DNA of 34,389 nucleotides from Candidatus Omnitrophota bacterium (GTDB lineage: Bacteria > Omnitrophota > Gorgyraeia > Zapsychrales > Zapsychraceae), in assembly GCA_015233495.1 (NCBI GenBank), contig JADFXQ010000002.1, positions 1-34,389 of the forward strand, written 5' to 3'. A program made the translations under genes and the position numbers. The notes under the pieces were generated by a model. That model saw nothing but the letters and a program-made list of their open reading frames with translations, searched no databases and was not told the origin of the DNA. Numbering within the stretch: the first letter of the stretch is position 1; each line of letters starts with the position of its first letter. Positions 1-7,410 of the stretch are shown here, piece by piece.

Positions 1-160
1 GATGAGGGAACGCCGCTGTTTTCTTTCGGTTATTATGAAAGTGTTTTGGCGATTGATCATGTGATGGGGACGGCGTATTTGTGCGGGAGAGAGGGTTCGC
101 CGGCGTGGGATTTGTTGGAATCGTCTGTTCGCCGAGCGGAGACGGGGTTGGAATCGTCTA
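1..160 (+). pseudogene. Possible fragment of a PabB/TrpE (chorismate-utilising) N-terminal domain, cut by the window edge
   Basis: Frame 1 reads DEGTPLFSFGYYESVLAIDHVMGTAYLCG, resembling the P-x-x-x-FG-x-Y-x-x-x-x-x-x-DH segment of PabB/TrpE. No C-terminal chorismate-binding domain follows. Confidence 0.35.
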
Positions 161-166
161 ATTGCC

Positions 167-191
167 GGGCCGATACCAGGTCGGCCCCTAC
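167..191 (-). repeat. GTAG-type REP-like palindrome
   Basis: Minus strand reads GTAG-GGGCCGA-cctggta-TCGGCCC, i.e. a GTAG tetranucleotide followed by a 7-bp stem. Confidence 0.5.
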
Positions 192-264
192 ACACGATTG
201 GGATAGCAAACATACGATACTATTAAAGGAATTAGAGAGAACCGGCACTTTTAGGGAGAAGCGG

Positions 265-1068
265 ATGCGCAAAATTATTTTTTGTTTATGTTTGTTTGGC
301 TTATGGGTTTTGCCAACTGCGGTTAACGCGGGCATTTTAGTCGAGCAAGGCAAAGTTCAGCTTAAATTCACTCCCGGACAAAATACCACCGGAAAGCTGA
401 TGGTGCATAACACCGAAGGCAAGGAAATCAAGATCCGGGCTTATTGGGAAGATTTTGAATATCAGCCTCCCTATGACGGCGCGAAAAAATTTATGCCACC
501 CGGTTCCATCCCGCGGTCTTGTTCGGCTTGGATCAAATTCACGCCGACTGATTTTGTTTTGCCGCCGTTTGCGAAACAAGAAATCGCTTATGTGATAAAT
601 CCTCCGGCGGATTCCTCCGGTGGATATTATGGGGTCATGTTTTTTGAGCCGGTGGTTGACCGCCCGCAAACCAAAATGGGAGTAAAGATCGTGTCCCGGG
701 TAGGCAGTCTTTTTTTTCTGGAATCCACCCCCAGCAAACGGGAAGCGGGTTTAAAAGATTTCGCGTTTAATGACCCGGGCATGGTTATGAAATTCGTGAA
801 CAGCGGTGACGTAACCTTGATCCCGGTCGGAACCTTTTATGTGATGAGTGAACAAGGCGACGCGGTTGACCGGGGTGATATGGACAAGATTTATGTGCCG
901 GGAGGCGCGACCGCGGATTATAAAATCAAATTCAACGCGGCTTATCCGGCAGGGAAATACACCGCGGTTTTGACCGTGGATTTAGGCGAAGAAAATGTTT
1001 TGGTGAAAGAAGTGGATTTTGTTAAAGACGCGGCCGGTAAAATTACTTTATCCGCGGTACGAGATTAG
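265..1068 (+). CDS. Secreted PapD-like/fimbrial chaperone-type protein (267 aa)
   Basis: ATG265 follows a GGGAG RBS. Signal peptide MRKIIFCLCLFGLWVLPTAVNA. Two Ig-like beta domains with V-x-N, 'WIKFTP..FVLPP', 'P...SGGYYGVMFFE' and 'NSGDVTL' motifs. Adjacent to an usher-like gene. Confidence 0.7.
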   Translation: MRKIIFCLCLFGLWVLPTAVNAGILVEQGKVQLKFTPGQNTTGKLMVHNTEGKEIKIRAYWEDFEYQPPYDGAKKFMPPGSIPRSCSAWIKFTPTDFVLPPFAKQEIAYVINPPADSSGGYYGVMFFEPVVDRPQTKMGVKIVSRVGSLFFLESTPSKREAGLKDFAFNDPGMVMKFVNSGDVTLIPVGTFYVMSEQGDAVDRGDMDKIYVPGGATADYKIKFNAAYPAGKYTAVLTVDLGEENVLVKEVDFVKDAAGKITLSAVRD

Positions 1069-1125
1069 GCAATATTCTTAAAACCTCTATGGAAGTGACG
1101 GGAAGGCACGTGTTATATTATTTTT

Positions 1126-4100
1126 ATGCGCCACGGTTTTATATTGACAACGTTTTTGATTTTCGCTTTGGTGGCGCAGCCGGTTGCCGCGCAAATTGAG
1201 TATCCGCATATCTACAACTATTTTTTTCAATCCGGGCTGAACGCTTACGCCCAACAGGATTATGACACTGCTTTTAATTTTTTCCAACAAGCTCACCTGA
1301 TCGCTCCGCAAGAAGAGCGTCCGCTTCTCTATATTAGTTTGATCGAAAAAGCCCGGGAAGACCGCGGCAGCGGGCCGCAGGCCGCGGCGGTTACTCCGGT
1401 CGTTCCGGAGCCGGATGCGGTGCCGGCACAGTATGTTGTCCCAGCGCGGGAAATTGTCCCGGTACCGGATGTTGATCAAGCGGCTCGGGAACAAGCAATG
1501 CAAAAAGCTTTAGAACAGTTGGAAAACGCCGCTACCGCTGCGGAAAAAAACGCGGTAGTCCCGTCGCCTATGCCGGTCATGCCGCATACAGTCGCTTTGC
1601 CGCCTCAGGTTCTGCCGGTAGAAAGCCCGAAAGTTCCTTTGCCCAAAGTCACCCCGGCTAAAAAAACGAGCGCTCCCACCCGTTACGCCCGGCTTAAACA
1701 CACCGAACAAAGAAACGGCCAAAACAAAGTTATTCCGCCTTTATACGATAACAACACGCTTTATCTCGACGATAAATTAGCCGCTACCCAGCCGAAAACC
1801 ACGCTAAAGGTTTTTTTTCATGATTTTGTGATTTTGCAAGGCAAAAATATTGAACGGTTTTTGGTCACTGCTCCGGATTTGCTGGGCATCGAACGGCTCA
1901 ACCGCGACCAGCTCAAAGTTTCGGGACTGCGCCGCGGAAAAACCTATTTGCATGTCTGGGACGGGCAAAGGCGCTGGACATTTGACACTGAGGTGATTTT
2001 GCCTTATCAGCTTCTGCCGCCTGCGTCAACAACCGAAGTTTTAGAAACTCAAAACAAGCCTTTGCACGTTATGTACACGCTGACTTCCGGGTCGACTTAC
2101 GGTGGAAAGAAATTTGATGAAATGACCCGGCAAAATTTAAGTCTTTTGCAATGGATTGGGATCGCGGATGAAACGCCTTACGGCGATTTTGACGGCAGTT
2201 TGACCTATAATAAATTTCCTGACTCCACGGAATTGACCGGTTATGGCATCGGGTTGATGAACGGGCACATCGGCGATTTTAATGATTTTTCCATGCGCGG
2301 GTTTGACACGTCTAAATCTTTTTCGCCGTTGACTTTGCCGGGGCAGTCTTACCGCGGGTTTTTGCTCGACGCTATGGCCTTTGACAAGCAGGTTGCTTAT
2401 AGTTATGTTAGCGGCCAGAATCAGGCGACTTACGGGATGTCTTCCACTGGCTCGCAGATTTTAAGCCAGGCGTTTATTGAAGGGTTTAAAACCACTTTTT
2501 TTCCCCTACGGGAAAATAATATGTCATTCAATTTTGCCCGGGGCTGGGGATCGGGCCGCGCTGAGGACCTTAAAGAGCGGGTATATTCTGTTCAAGGACA
2601 AAGGCGGATCAGCGATATTTTTTACACCGGGGAATACGCTTATGACGATCACGAGGGAGCTCTGCTTTTAGGCGGAGCTTATCAGGACAAACAAAATAGA
2701 TGGAATTTGAACTTCCGCGATACGGCAAAAGATTTTAAAACGATCACCGGCAATGGCCCGAGTCAGGGGCAGACCGGAGTGACTTGGTCGGATAACCACA
2801 TTTTGAATGATGCGACTGTGTTCAGCTCCTACGCGGATGTTTACCACGATGGGATATCTCCCAATGACAAACATCCGGATTTTTGGAATTTGGATTTTAA
2901 CACCAATCTCAGCCAGCGTTTGAGCGAAACGTCGAATTTGTATCACAATTTATCCTTTGTCTACACCCCGGGCGAAGTTTCACCGGTCAATAATTTTTTG
3001 ATCGGTTCGACCTATGGCAAGTCTTTTCCCATTTGGAATAAGCAAAATTTGGGCACTAGCGCGGGTTTGACGTATCAACGCAGCCGCTATGATCGGAATT
3101 TCTCGTCTGATTATGACCGTTATTCTTTCAGCACCGGATTGAATTTGCCGCTTTTCGCCGAACTTTCATATTTTATGAATTATCAGATTTCTTTCGTGGA
3201 CAGCATTGGCCTTAAGGAAATGTCTTATCCTTATGTCTGGAACTATGGTCTTAACGCGTTTCACCGGTTCACCGATACTTTGTCCGGCAACGCGTCTTTG
3301 ACTTATCGCAATGAGGAGCGCACGGAAAAAGCCAACAGCTTTTTGTCCGGAGAGGACAGCTTGTCCGGTAGTCTGGGCGCTACGTTCAACCCGGCTCCGG
3401 ATTGGGAATTTTATCTTAACGGCTACGCCCGCAATGTCTGGGCGGAAAACGCGCTCCGGGAACCGTCCAAATCCGTGGATATCCGCGCCGGGGTGCGCTT
3501 AGGCTGGGACACGCCGATTTCCTGGAGTCCGCTGGGTACAGTGAAAGGTGTGGTTTATAAAGATTTAAACGGTGATCAGATTCAAAACGTAGGAGAGCCG
3601 GGGATCGCGAACGTAGCGGTCAAAGTCGGCGAACAGACGGTAAAAACCAATGCCCAAGGGGTTTATGAACGCAAGGTATTCGCGGAAAAAGTCCGGGTAG
3701 CGATTGACGGCAATTCAATTCCGTCGGGATTTGTGTTCACCACTCCGCTTTATGTGGATGTGAACATAGTCGCGCATAAGGTTCAGCGGGTCAATTTTGG
3801 CGTGAACGCCCAGTCCGGGATTTATGGGATGGTTTATTTTGATAAAAACGGAAATGGCAGACCCGATGAGGGAGATGTGTTTCCGGCCCGGGTCAAAATC
3901 GTGTTAAACGGCAAAATATCCGAATTTACGGATTCGGACGGCTCCTTCTTTTTCCGCAATCTCCCGGTGGGTAAATATCAAATGACGATAGATATCAACT
4001 CCTTGCCGTCCGGATATTTGCCGGCGATCAAAATCAGCAATGAGATCGCGCTCGCCGAGGGCGCGACCTATGTTTTCCATATTCCTTTGAAAAAAGTGGA

Positions 4101-4131
4101 ATCTGGGGAGAAAAAAACTACGGCTCCGTAA
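1126..4131 (+). CDS. Large outer-membrane usher-like protein: TPR-like N-terminus, Pro-rich linker, pilus-assembly N-domain, beta-barrel, C-terminal SdrD-B/CnaB-like repeats
   Basis: Signal peptide; TPR-like helix pair; Pro/Ala/Val-rich linker; 'LKVSGLRRGKTYLHVWD' resembling CpaC/RcpA N-domains; long aromatic amphipathic beta region; two 'G-x-V-Y-x-D-x-N-G-(D/N)' repeats. Confidence 0.65.
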   Translation: MRHGFILTTFLIFALVAQPVAAQIEYPHIYNYFFQSGLNAYAQQDYDTAFNFFQQAHLIAPQEERPLLYISLIEKAREDRGSGPQAAAVTPVVPEPDAVPAQYVVPAREIVPVPDVDQAAREQAMQKALEQLENAATAAEKNAVVPSPMPVMPHTVALPPQVLPVESPKVPLPKVTPAKKTSAPTRYARLKHTEQRNGQNKVIPPLYDNNTLYLDDKLAATQPKTTLKVFFHDFVILQGKNIERFLVTAPDLLGIERLNRDQLKVSGLRRGKTYLHVWDGQRRWTFDTEVILPYQLLPPASTTEVLETQNKPLHVMYTLTSGSTYGGKKFDEMTRQNLSLLQWIGIADETPYGDFDGSLTYNKFPDSTELTGYGIGLMNGHIGDFNDFSMRGFDTSKSFSPLTLPGQSYRGFLLDAMAFDKQVAYSYVSGQNQATYGMSSTGSQILSQAFIEGFKTTFFPLRENNMSFNFARGWGSGRAEDLKERVYSVQGQRRISDIFYTGEYAYDDHEGALLLGGAYQDKQNRWNLNFRDTAKDFKTITGNGPSQGQTGVTWSDNHILNDATVFSSYADVYHDGISPNDKHPDFWNLDFNTNLSQRLSETSNLYHNLSFVYTPGEVSPVNNFLIGSTYGKSFPIWNKQNLGTSAGLTYQRSRYDRNFSSDYDRYSFSTGLNLPLFAELSYFMNYQISFVDSIGLKEMSYPYVWNYGLNAFHRFTDTLSGNASLTYRNEERTEKANSFLSGEDSLSGSLGATFNPAPDWEFYLNGYARNVWAENALREPSKSVDIRAGVRLGWDTPISWSPLGTVKGVVYKDLNGDQIQNVGEPGIANVAVKVGEQTVKTNAQGVYERKVFAEKVRVAIDGNSIPSGFVFTTPLYVDVNIVAHKVQRVNFGVNAQSGIYGMVYFDKNGNGRPDEGDVFPARVKIVLNGKISEFTDSDGSFFFRNLPVGKYQMTIDINSLPSGYLPAIKISNEIALAEGATYVFHIPLKKVESGEKKTTAP

Positions 4132-4133
4132 GT

Positions 4134-4173
4134 CCCCACCCCTGACCCTCCCCACGCTTCGCGGGGGAGGGGA
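4134..4173. repeat. GC-rich REP-like hairpin between convergent genes
   Basis: CCCTCCCC-a-CGC-ttc-GCG-GGGGAGGG stem-loop preceded by CCCCACCCCTGA. No U-tract. Confidence 0.5.
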
Positions 4174-4200
4174 AATGGAATGGCTTGATGGCGGGTTAGA

Positions 4201-4458
4201 TCAGCGCAAGACGCTGGATTCCACGAGGATTGGTTCTGAATCGCGGACAATCCGCTGGGAAATCACAATAAAATTTTCTTTGGCTAAGTTGGGGTTTGGT
4301 TGGGCCGCGTTCATTCCTTCCGGAAAATAATTGATGCCGATCATCGCGGGAATGGTTGCCACCAATTTGAGAGTTGTGGTGTAGGAAGCCGCGTAACAGG
4401 GAAGCAGTGTGCTTACCCAAAAACCGAGAATTAAACCCGCTAAAAAAATTGTTTTCAT
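4201..4458 (-). CDS. Small secreted protein (85 aa), candidate pilin/adaptor subunit
   Basis: GAAGGAGGGG RBS before ATG4458; signal peptide MKTIFLAGLILGFWVSTLLPCYA; alternating beta-strand YTTTLKLVATIP after the cleavage site. Lies downstream of the riboswitch. Confidence 0.7.
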   Translation of the reverse strand: MKTIFLAGLILGFWVSTLLPCYAASYTTTLKLVATIPAMIGINYFPEGMNAAQPNPNLAKENFIVISQRIVRDSEPILVESSVLR

Positions 4459-4472
4459 TTTTCGCCCCTCCT

Positions 4473-4556
4473 TCGCAGTTAGCGAATACCCGGCCGCTTC
4501 CACTTCGGCCGGGGTGATCGCAGTTAGCGAATACCCGGCCGCTTCCACTTCGGCCG
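4473..4556. repeat. Tandem duplication: two identical 39-bp units with a 45-bp period
   Basis: TCGCAGTTAGCGAATACCCGGCCGCTTCCACTTCGGCCG at 4473-4511 and 4518-4556. Confidence 0.95.
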
Positions 4557-4564
4557 TGACCGAA

Positions 4565-4600
4565 AATAAAAAAGCCCCTCGACAAGAGAGGGGCAAAAAA
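4565..4600 (-). terminator. Intrinsic terminator in the riboswitch expression platform
   Basis: Minus strand reads GCCCCTC-tcttgtc-GAGGGGC-TTTTTTATTT, between the aptamer and the ORF. Confidence 0.8.
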
Positions 4601-4624
4601 TGAAACCGTCATCTAACGGGATGA

Positions 4625-4712
4625 CTCACGGCAACCTGACAACCTTATCCTTTAAGGATTTAGGCTCATGGCTTTGCGTCCCACTCTTTCGAGTAGTTTG
4701 CGATTATCAAAT
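4625..4712 (-). ncRNA. GEMM-I (c-di-GMP-I class) riboswitch aptamer
   Basis: Minus strand reads GATAATC-GCAAACTACTC-GAAA-GAGTGG-GACGCAAAGCCATGAGCCTAAATCC...GGATAAGGTTGTCAGGTTGCCG. It has the GAAA tetraloop P2, the GACGCAAAGCC junction, the CCTAA receptor and a GTTGCCG 3' end, as in the Vc2 aptamer. Confidence 0.92.
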
Positions 4713-4745
4713 TTTAAAAAGAGCGAAAATTTCCTATCCCAACAA

Positions 4746-4775
4746 AGTATAACATTATCCGGCCAGGCTCGGCAA
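4746..4775 (-). promoter_or_regulatory. Sigma70-type promoter for the riboswitch leader
   Basis: TTGCCG-18 bp-TATACT with an extended -10 TG. Confidence 0.6.
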
Positions 4776-4906
4776 GGAAACGGGCTAAAATATTTAAAAC
4801 CTAACACATTGAAAAACAATCAGTTATGCGCGCGCCAAAGAAAAGCCCACGTTATGATTCGGAATTTTCTTTTTTAAAATAATACTGCGGGGCATATTAA
4901 ATTTAT

Positions 4907-4935
4907 TTGACCCGCGATCAAATTTATGCTAAGCT
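4907..4935 (+). promoter_or_regulatory. Sigma70-type promoter overlapped by a palindrome
   Basis: TTGACC-17 bp-TAAGCT with TGn extension. ATTTGA-N7-TCAAAT inverted repeat at 4905-4923. Confidence 0.55.
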
Positions 4936-4964
4936 TTTTTGTTTCCACACACTCAGCCAAACAC

Positions 4965-5150
4965 AGAGCAACCACGGAGGGGCCGGCACGCTTAAACATT
5001 TGCCTTGACGGCACTTTGTAAAACATTTAGGCAAGGTTACCACCCATCAAAGTGAAATGCTCGCCGCCCACCTAAAAATTTTGCTTTTCGAATAATATTT
5101 TACGCTCTGGTATATGATGGGGAAGCGTTTCCGTGCAGGGCGAGCCGCTT
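4965..5150 (+). ncRNA. Candidate structured non-coding RNA of unknown family
   Basis: No ORF of 60 aa or more. Five complementary segment pairs, one of them crossing (see findings). Sits directly downstream of a promoter. Confidence 0.45.
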
Positions 5151-5165
5151 GCAGAAAATCGGGCA

Positions 5166-5222
5166 TTGACATATGGTCAGAAATAGGGCATAATTGATTA
5201 AGATTGATTAATAATGATTAAT
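5166..5222 (+). promoter_or_regulatory. Toxin-antitoxin promoter and putative operator repeats
   Basis: TTGACA-17 bp-CATAAT. TGAC-N5-GTCA palindrome over the -35. TGATTA three times at exact 10-bp spacing (5195, 5205, 5215). Confidence 0.7.
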
Positions 5223-5241
5223 ATGAATCTGGGAGGAATTT

Positions 5242-5520
5242 ATGACAGTTGAAACGATTCCCGCGGTTGAAGCGCGGGTTCATTTTGGGGATATCATGAA
5301 AAGGTCTTACAAAGACGGTTCTCGATTTATTGTTGAAAAATCCGGTATCCCTATGGTGGTTATTTTGAACGCGAGGGATTACTCCCGGATGATGGACGCT
5401 AGGGATGAGCGGTTTAAAATTTTGGACAAGATTAAAGGGAAACTTCCGCGACACCCGGAAGAAGAAATCACTGATGACGTGGCAGCGGCTATTAGGGCGG
5501 TAAGGAGCCGACGTGCTTAA
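5242..5520 (+). CDS. Phd/YefM-family antitoxin
   Basis: 'IPAVEARVHFGDIMKR...FIVEKSGIPMVVIL' Phd signature; GGAGG RBS; overlaps the toxin start. Confidence 0.9.
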   Translation: MTVETIPAVEARVHFGDIMKRSYKDGSRFIVEKSGIPMVVILNARDYSRMMDARDERFKILDKIKGKLPRHPEEEITDDVAAAIRAVRSRRA

Positions 5521-5932
5521 AGTTGTGATTGACACCAATCAATTTGTCAGTGCTTTTTTGAATCATCATGGACCTTCTGCGGATCTCTTGCAATGTTGGC
5601 GCCGCCAGCAATTCATTCTGGTGATCAGTCCAGCAATCCTCCGCGAAATTAAAAAGGTATTAGACTATTCGCGGATAAAACAAAAATATTTTTTAAAGGA
5701 CGCGGATATTCAGGCGTTATTTGTTTTATTAGAGCAAGAAGCGGTTTTAATTCCTTATCCGGAGCCGGTTCGGATTATTAAAGATGACCCGGATGATGAT
5801 AAATTTATTGCTTGCGCGTTAGCCGCGGATGCCGATTATATTGTGTCTGGGGATCGTCATTTATTAGATATTGGAAAATATCAATCGATCAAGATCGTTA
5901 AGGTTCGGGATTTTTTAGGCAGCATTGTTTAG
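5513..5932 (+). CDS. PIN-domain toxin (VapC-like, PIN_3 type)
   Basis: 'VVIDTNQFVSA', 'E' in the helix, 'DPDDDKFIACA', 'IVSGDRHLL' acidic PIN motifs. Confidence 0.92.
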   Translation: MLKVVIDTNQFVSAFLNHHGPSADLLQCWRRQQFILVISPAILREIKKVLDYSRIKQKYFLKDADIQALFVLLEQEAVLIPYPEPVRIIKDDPDDDKFIACALAADADYIVSGDRHLLDIGKYQSIKIVKVRDFLGSIV

Positions 5933-6076
5933 TGACTGAAAGGCGGTTGGAAGATACGCTTTCATTGCAATAGTTCCGATAGTCTTATCATTTTTAGCTT
6001 TATTTTTTGAAAAGTAAGGAATACAATGGAAGAAATAATTTAGCATTTGTTCTTAACATTAATCAAAGGAGAGGGT

Positions 6077-6352
6077 ATGAATGGGGTCAAAGGCTTTTCC
6101 GGGGGAGTCGTACTTTTAAGCGCATTGTTGATTTTGGGTTTTTCGCCTTTAGGCTATGCCCAAACCGCGCCAGCGGAACCAATGGTCGGGACGGATTTGA
6201 ACGCGGCCCAACCTGCGGTAAAGGAAGAGGGCAAAAAAGAAACGGGCAAGCACGCGAAAAAAGGACGCAAGGGGAAAAAAGTGCGTCATCATAAAGCGGC
6301 CAAAAAGCCCGCAGCCGAACAACCCGCGCCAGCTGAAAAGCCGGTTCAATAG
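6077..6352 (+). CDS. Small secreted Lys/His-rich low-complexity protein (91 aa)
   Basis: AGGAGAGG RBS before ATG6077; signal peptide ending GYA-Q; basic KKETGKHAKKGRKGKKVRHHK tract. Confidence 0.7.
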   Translation: MNGVKGFSGGVVLLSALLILGFSPLGYAQTAPAEPMVGTDLNAAQPAVKEEGKKETGKHAKKGRKGKKVRHHKAAKKPAAEQPAPAEKPVQ

Positions 6353-6382
6353 TTATATAAGCCGCAGAAAATAGGGGGAGAT

Positions 6383-6847
6383 ATGGTCCACGATACTTGT
6401 AAAAAAAATGCTCTTTGGATAGCGGTTATAGCTTTGTTTTTTTGCGCGGAAACCTTGTATGTTGTTAAGCTCAAACACGAGGTTGCTCAGGTTGAAAAAA
6501 AATTAACCAAAGTGAATCGGGATTTAATGGCGGCTAATAAAAAAGCCGAGGAATTGAAAGCCACCGGCGAAGAGTTGATCGCGGTGAAAAAAGAATTGGC
6601 GGTCACCCAGATTGATCTGGAGGTCGCTAATAAAAAGTCCACGGATTTGTCTGCGCAAAACGACGATTTGACTAAGGTCAAAGCTGATTTAGAGGCGGCC
6701 AATAAAAAAATCGCGGATTTGACCGCGGCCAGCGCGGAATTAACAAAAGTTAAAGAGGAATTGGCGAAAGCGAAAGCGGATTTAACTGCTGCGGCGGGAT
6801 TGGCGGTTGGCGCATCCGCGCCAGCGGCGGCTCCCGTCGTGAAATAA
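6383..6847 (+). CDS. Membrane-anchored coiled-coil protein
   Basis: GGGGGAG RBS; N-terminal hydrophobic segment; heptad repeats with DLxxANKK three times. Confidence 0.8.
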   Translation: MVHDTCKKNALWIAVIALFFCAETLYVVKLKHEVAQVEKKLTKVNRDLMAANKKAEELKATGEELIAVKKELAVTQIDLEVANKKSTDLSAQNDDLTKVKADLEAANKKIADLTAASAELTKVKEELAKAKADLTAAAGLAVGASAPAAAPVVK

Positions 6848-6864
6848 CCATAAACATACATCAC

Positions 6865-6905
6865 CAAAAAAAAGGCCGGCAAACAGATTTGCCGGCCTTT
6901 TTTTT
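6865..6905. terminator. Bidirectional intrinsic terminator
   Basis: A-run, GGCCGGCAAA-caga-TTTGCCGGCC, T-run, between convergent genes. Confidence 0.92.
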
Positions 6906-6945
6906 GGGCGCGCTTCGGTAGTACGCGCTAAAGAGGATCGAATTT

Positions 6946-7410
6946 TTAGGATTTGATGAGCAAATCCGCCTCAGTGGTCACGGTTTCTAATTTTCCGGTC
7001 ACATAACCCCGGCAGTGCAAAGCGCCGCAGGAACAGAAAAACGGTTTGAATAAAACGTCTTCGGTCTGGGCATAGTCCATGGTAACAATCCCGCCGGCTG
7101 CAATGGGCTTAACCGTGATAAACACCCGCCGCGACATATCGCAGATAGTGTTCGGTTCGCAGCAATGCAGGATTTTCCCCATAAAATAGGGGTCGTGAAT
7201 GTGCAGTCCATCCGCGAATTTCAGGGTGAACTGAGTGATGTAATTGGTCAAAAAACCGGTAAAAGCGAAAGCAATATCTCCGGGTTCGAACGACGTCAAG
7301 GCAATAACCCCCTCACCAACGTTGTCGCTGATGCGCCGGATAGCGAACCGATCGGATTTCGGTTCGTAGGGAAATTCCGGCAGATTACTGGGATAAAAGC
7401 GTTTGATCAT
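6946..7410 (-). CDS. SET-domain protein with post-SET Cys cluster
   Basis: 'GEGVIA..F.PGD', 'ILHCCEPN' (NHSCxPN-like), 'IAAGGIVTMDY', post-SET 'FFCSCGALHCRG'. Confidence 0.88.
   Translation of the reverse strand: MIKRFYPSNLPEFPYEPKSDRFAIRRISDNVGEGVIALTSFEPGDIAFAFTGFLTNYITQFTLKFADGLHIHDPYFMGKILHCCEPNTICDMSRRVFITVKPIAAGGIVTMDYAQTEDVLFKPFFCSCGALHCRGYVTGKLETVTTEADLLIKS

Noticed and set aside
46..264. ORF-track N-terminal extension of the chaperone
   Set aside because: The RBS and signal peptide begin at ATG265, and the extension crosses a REP-like palindrome.
4473..4556. Possible mini CRISPR array
   Set aside because: Only two units with a 6-bp gap and no cas genes. It is a tandem duplication.
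4459..4877. ORF extension to 4596 and the ORFs at 4196-4612, 4409-4603 and 4668-4877
   Set aside because: They overlap the riboswitch, terminator and repeat. The strong RBS supports ATG4458 only.
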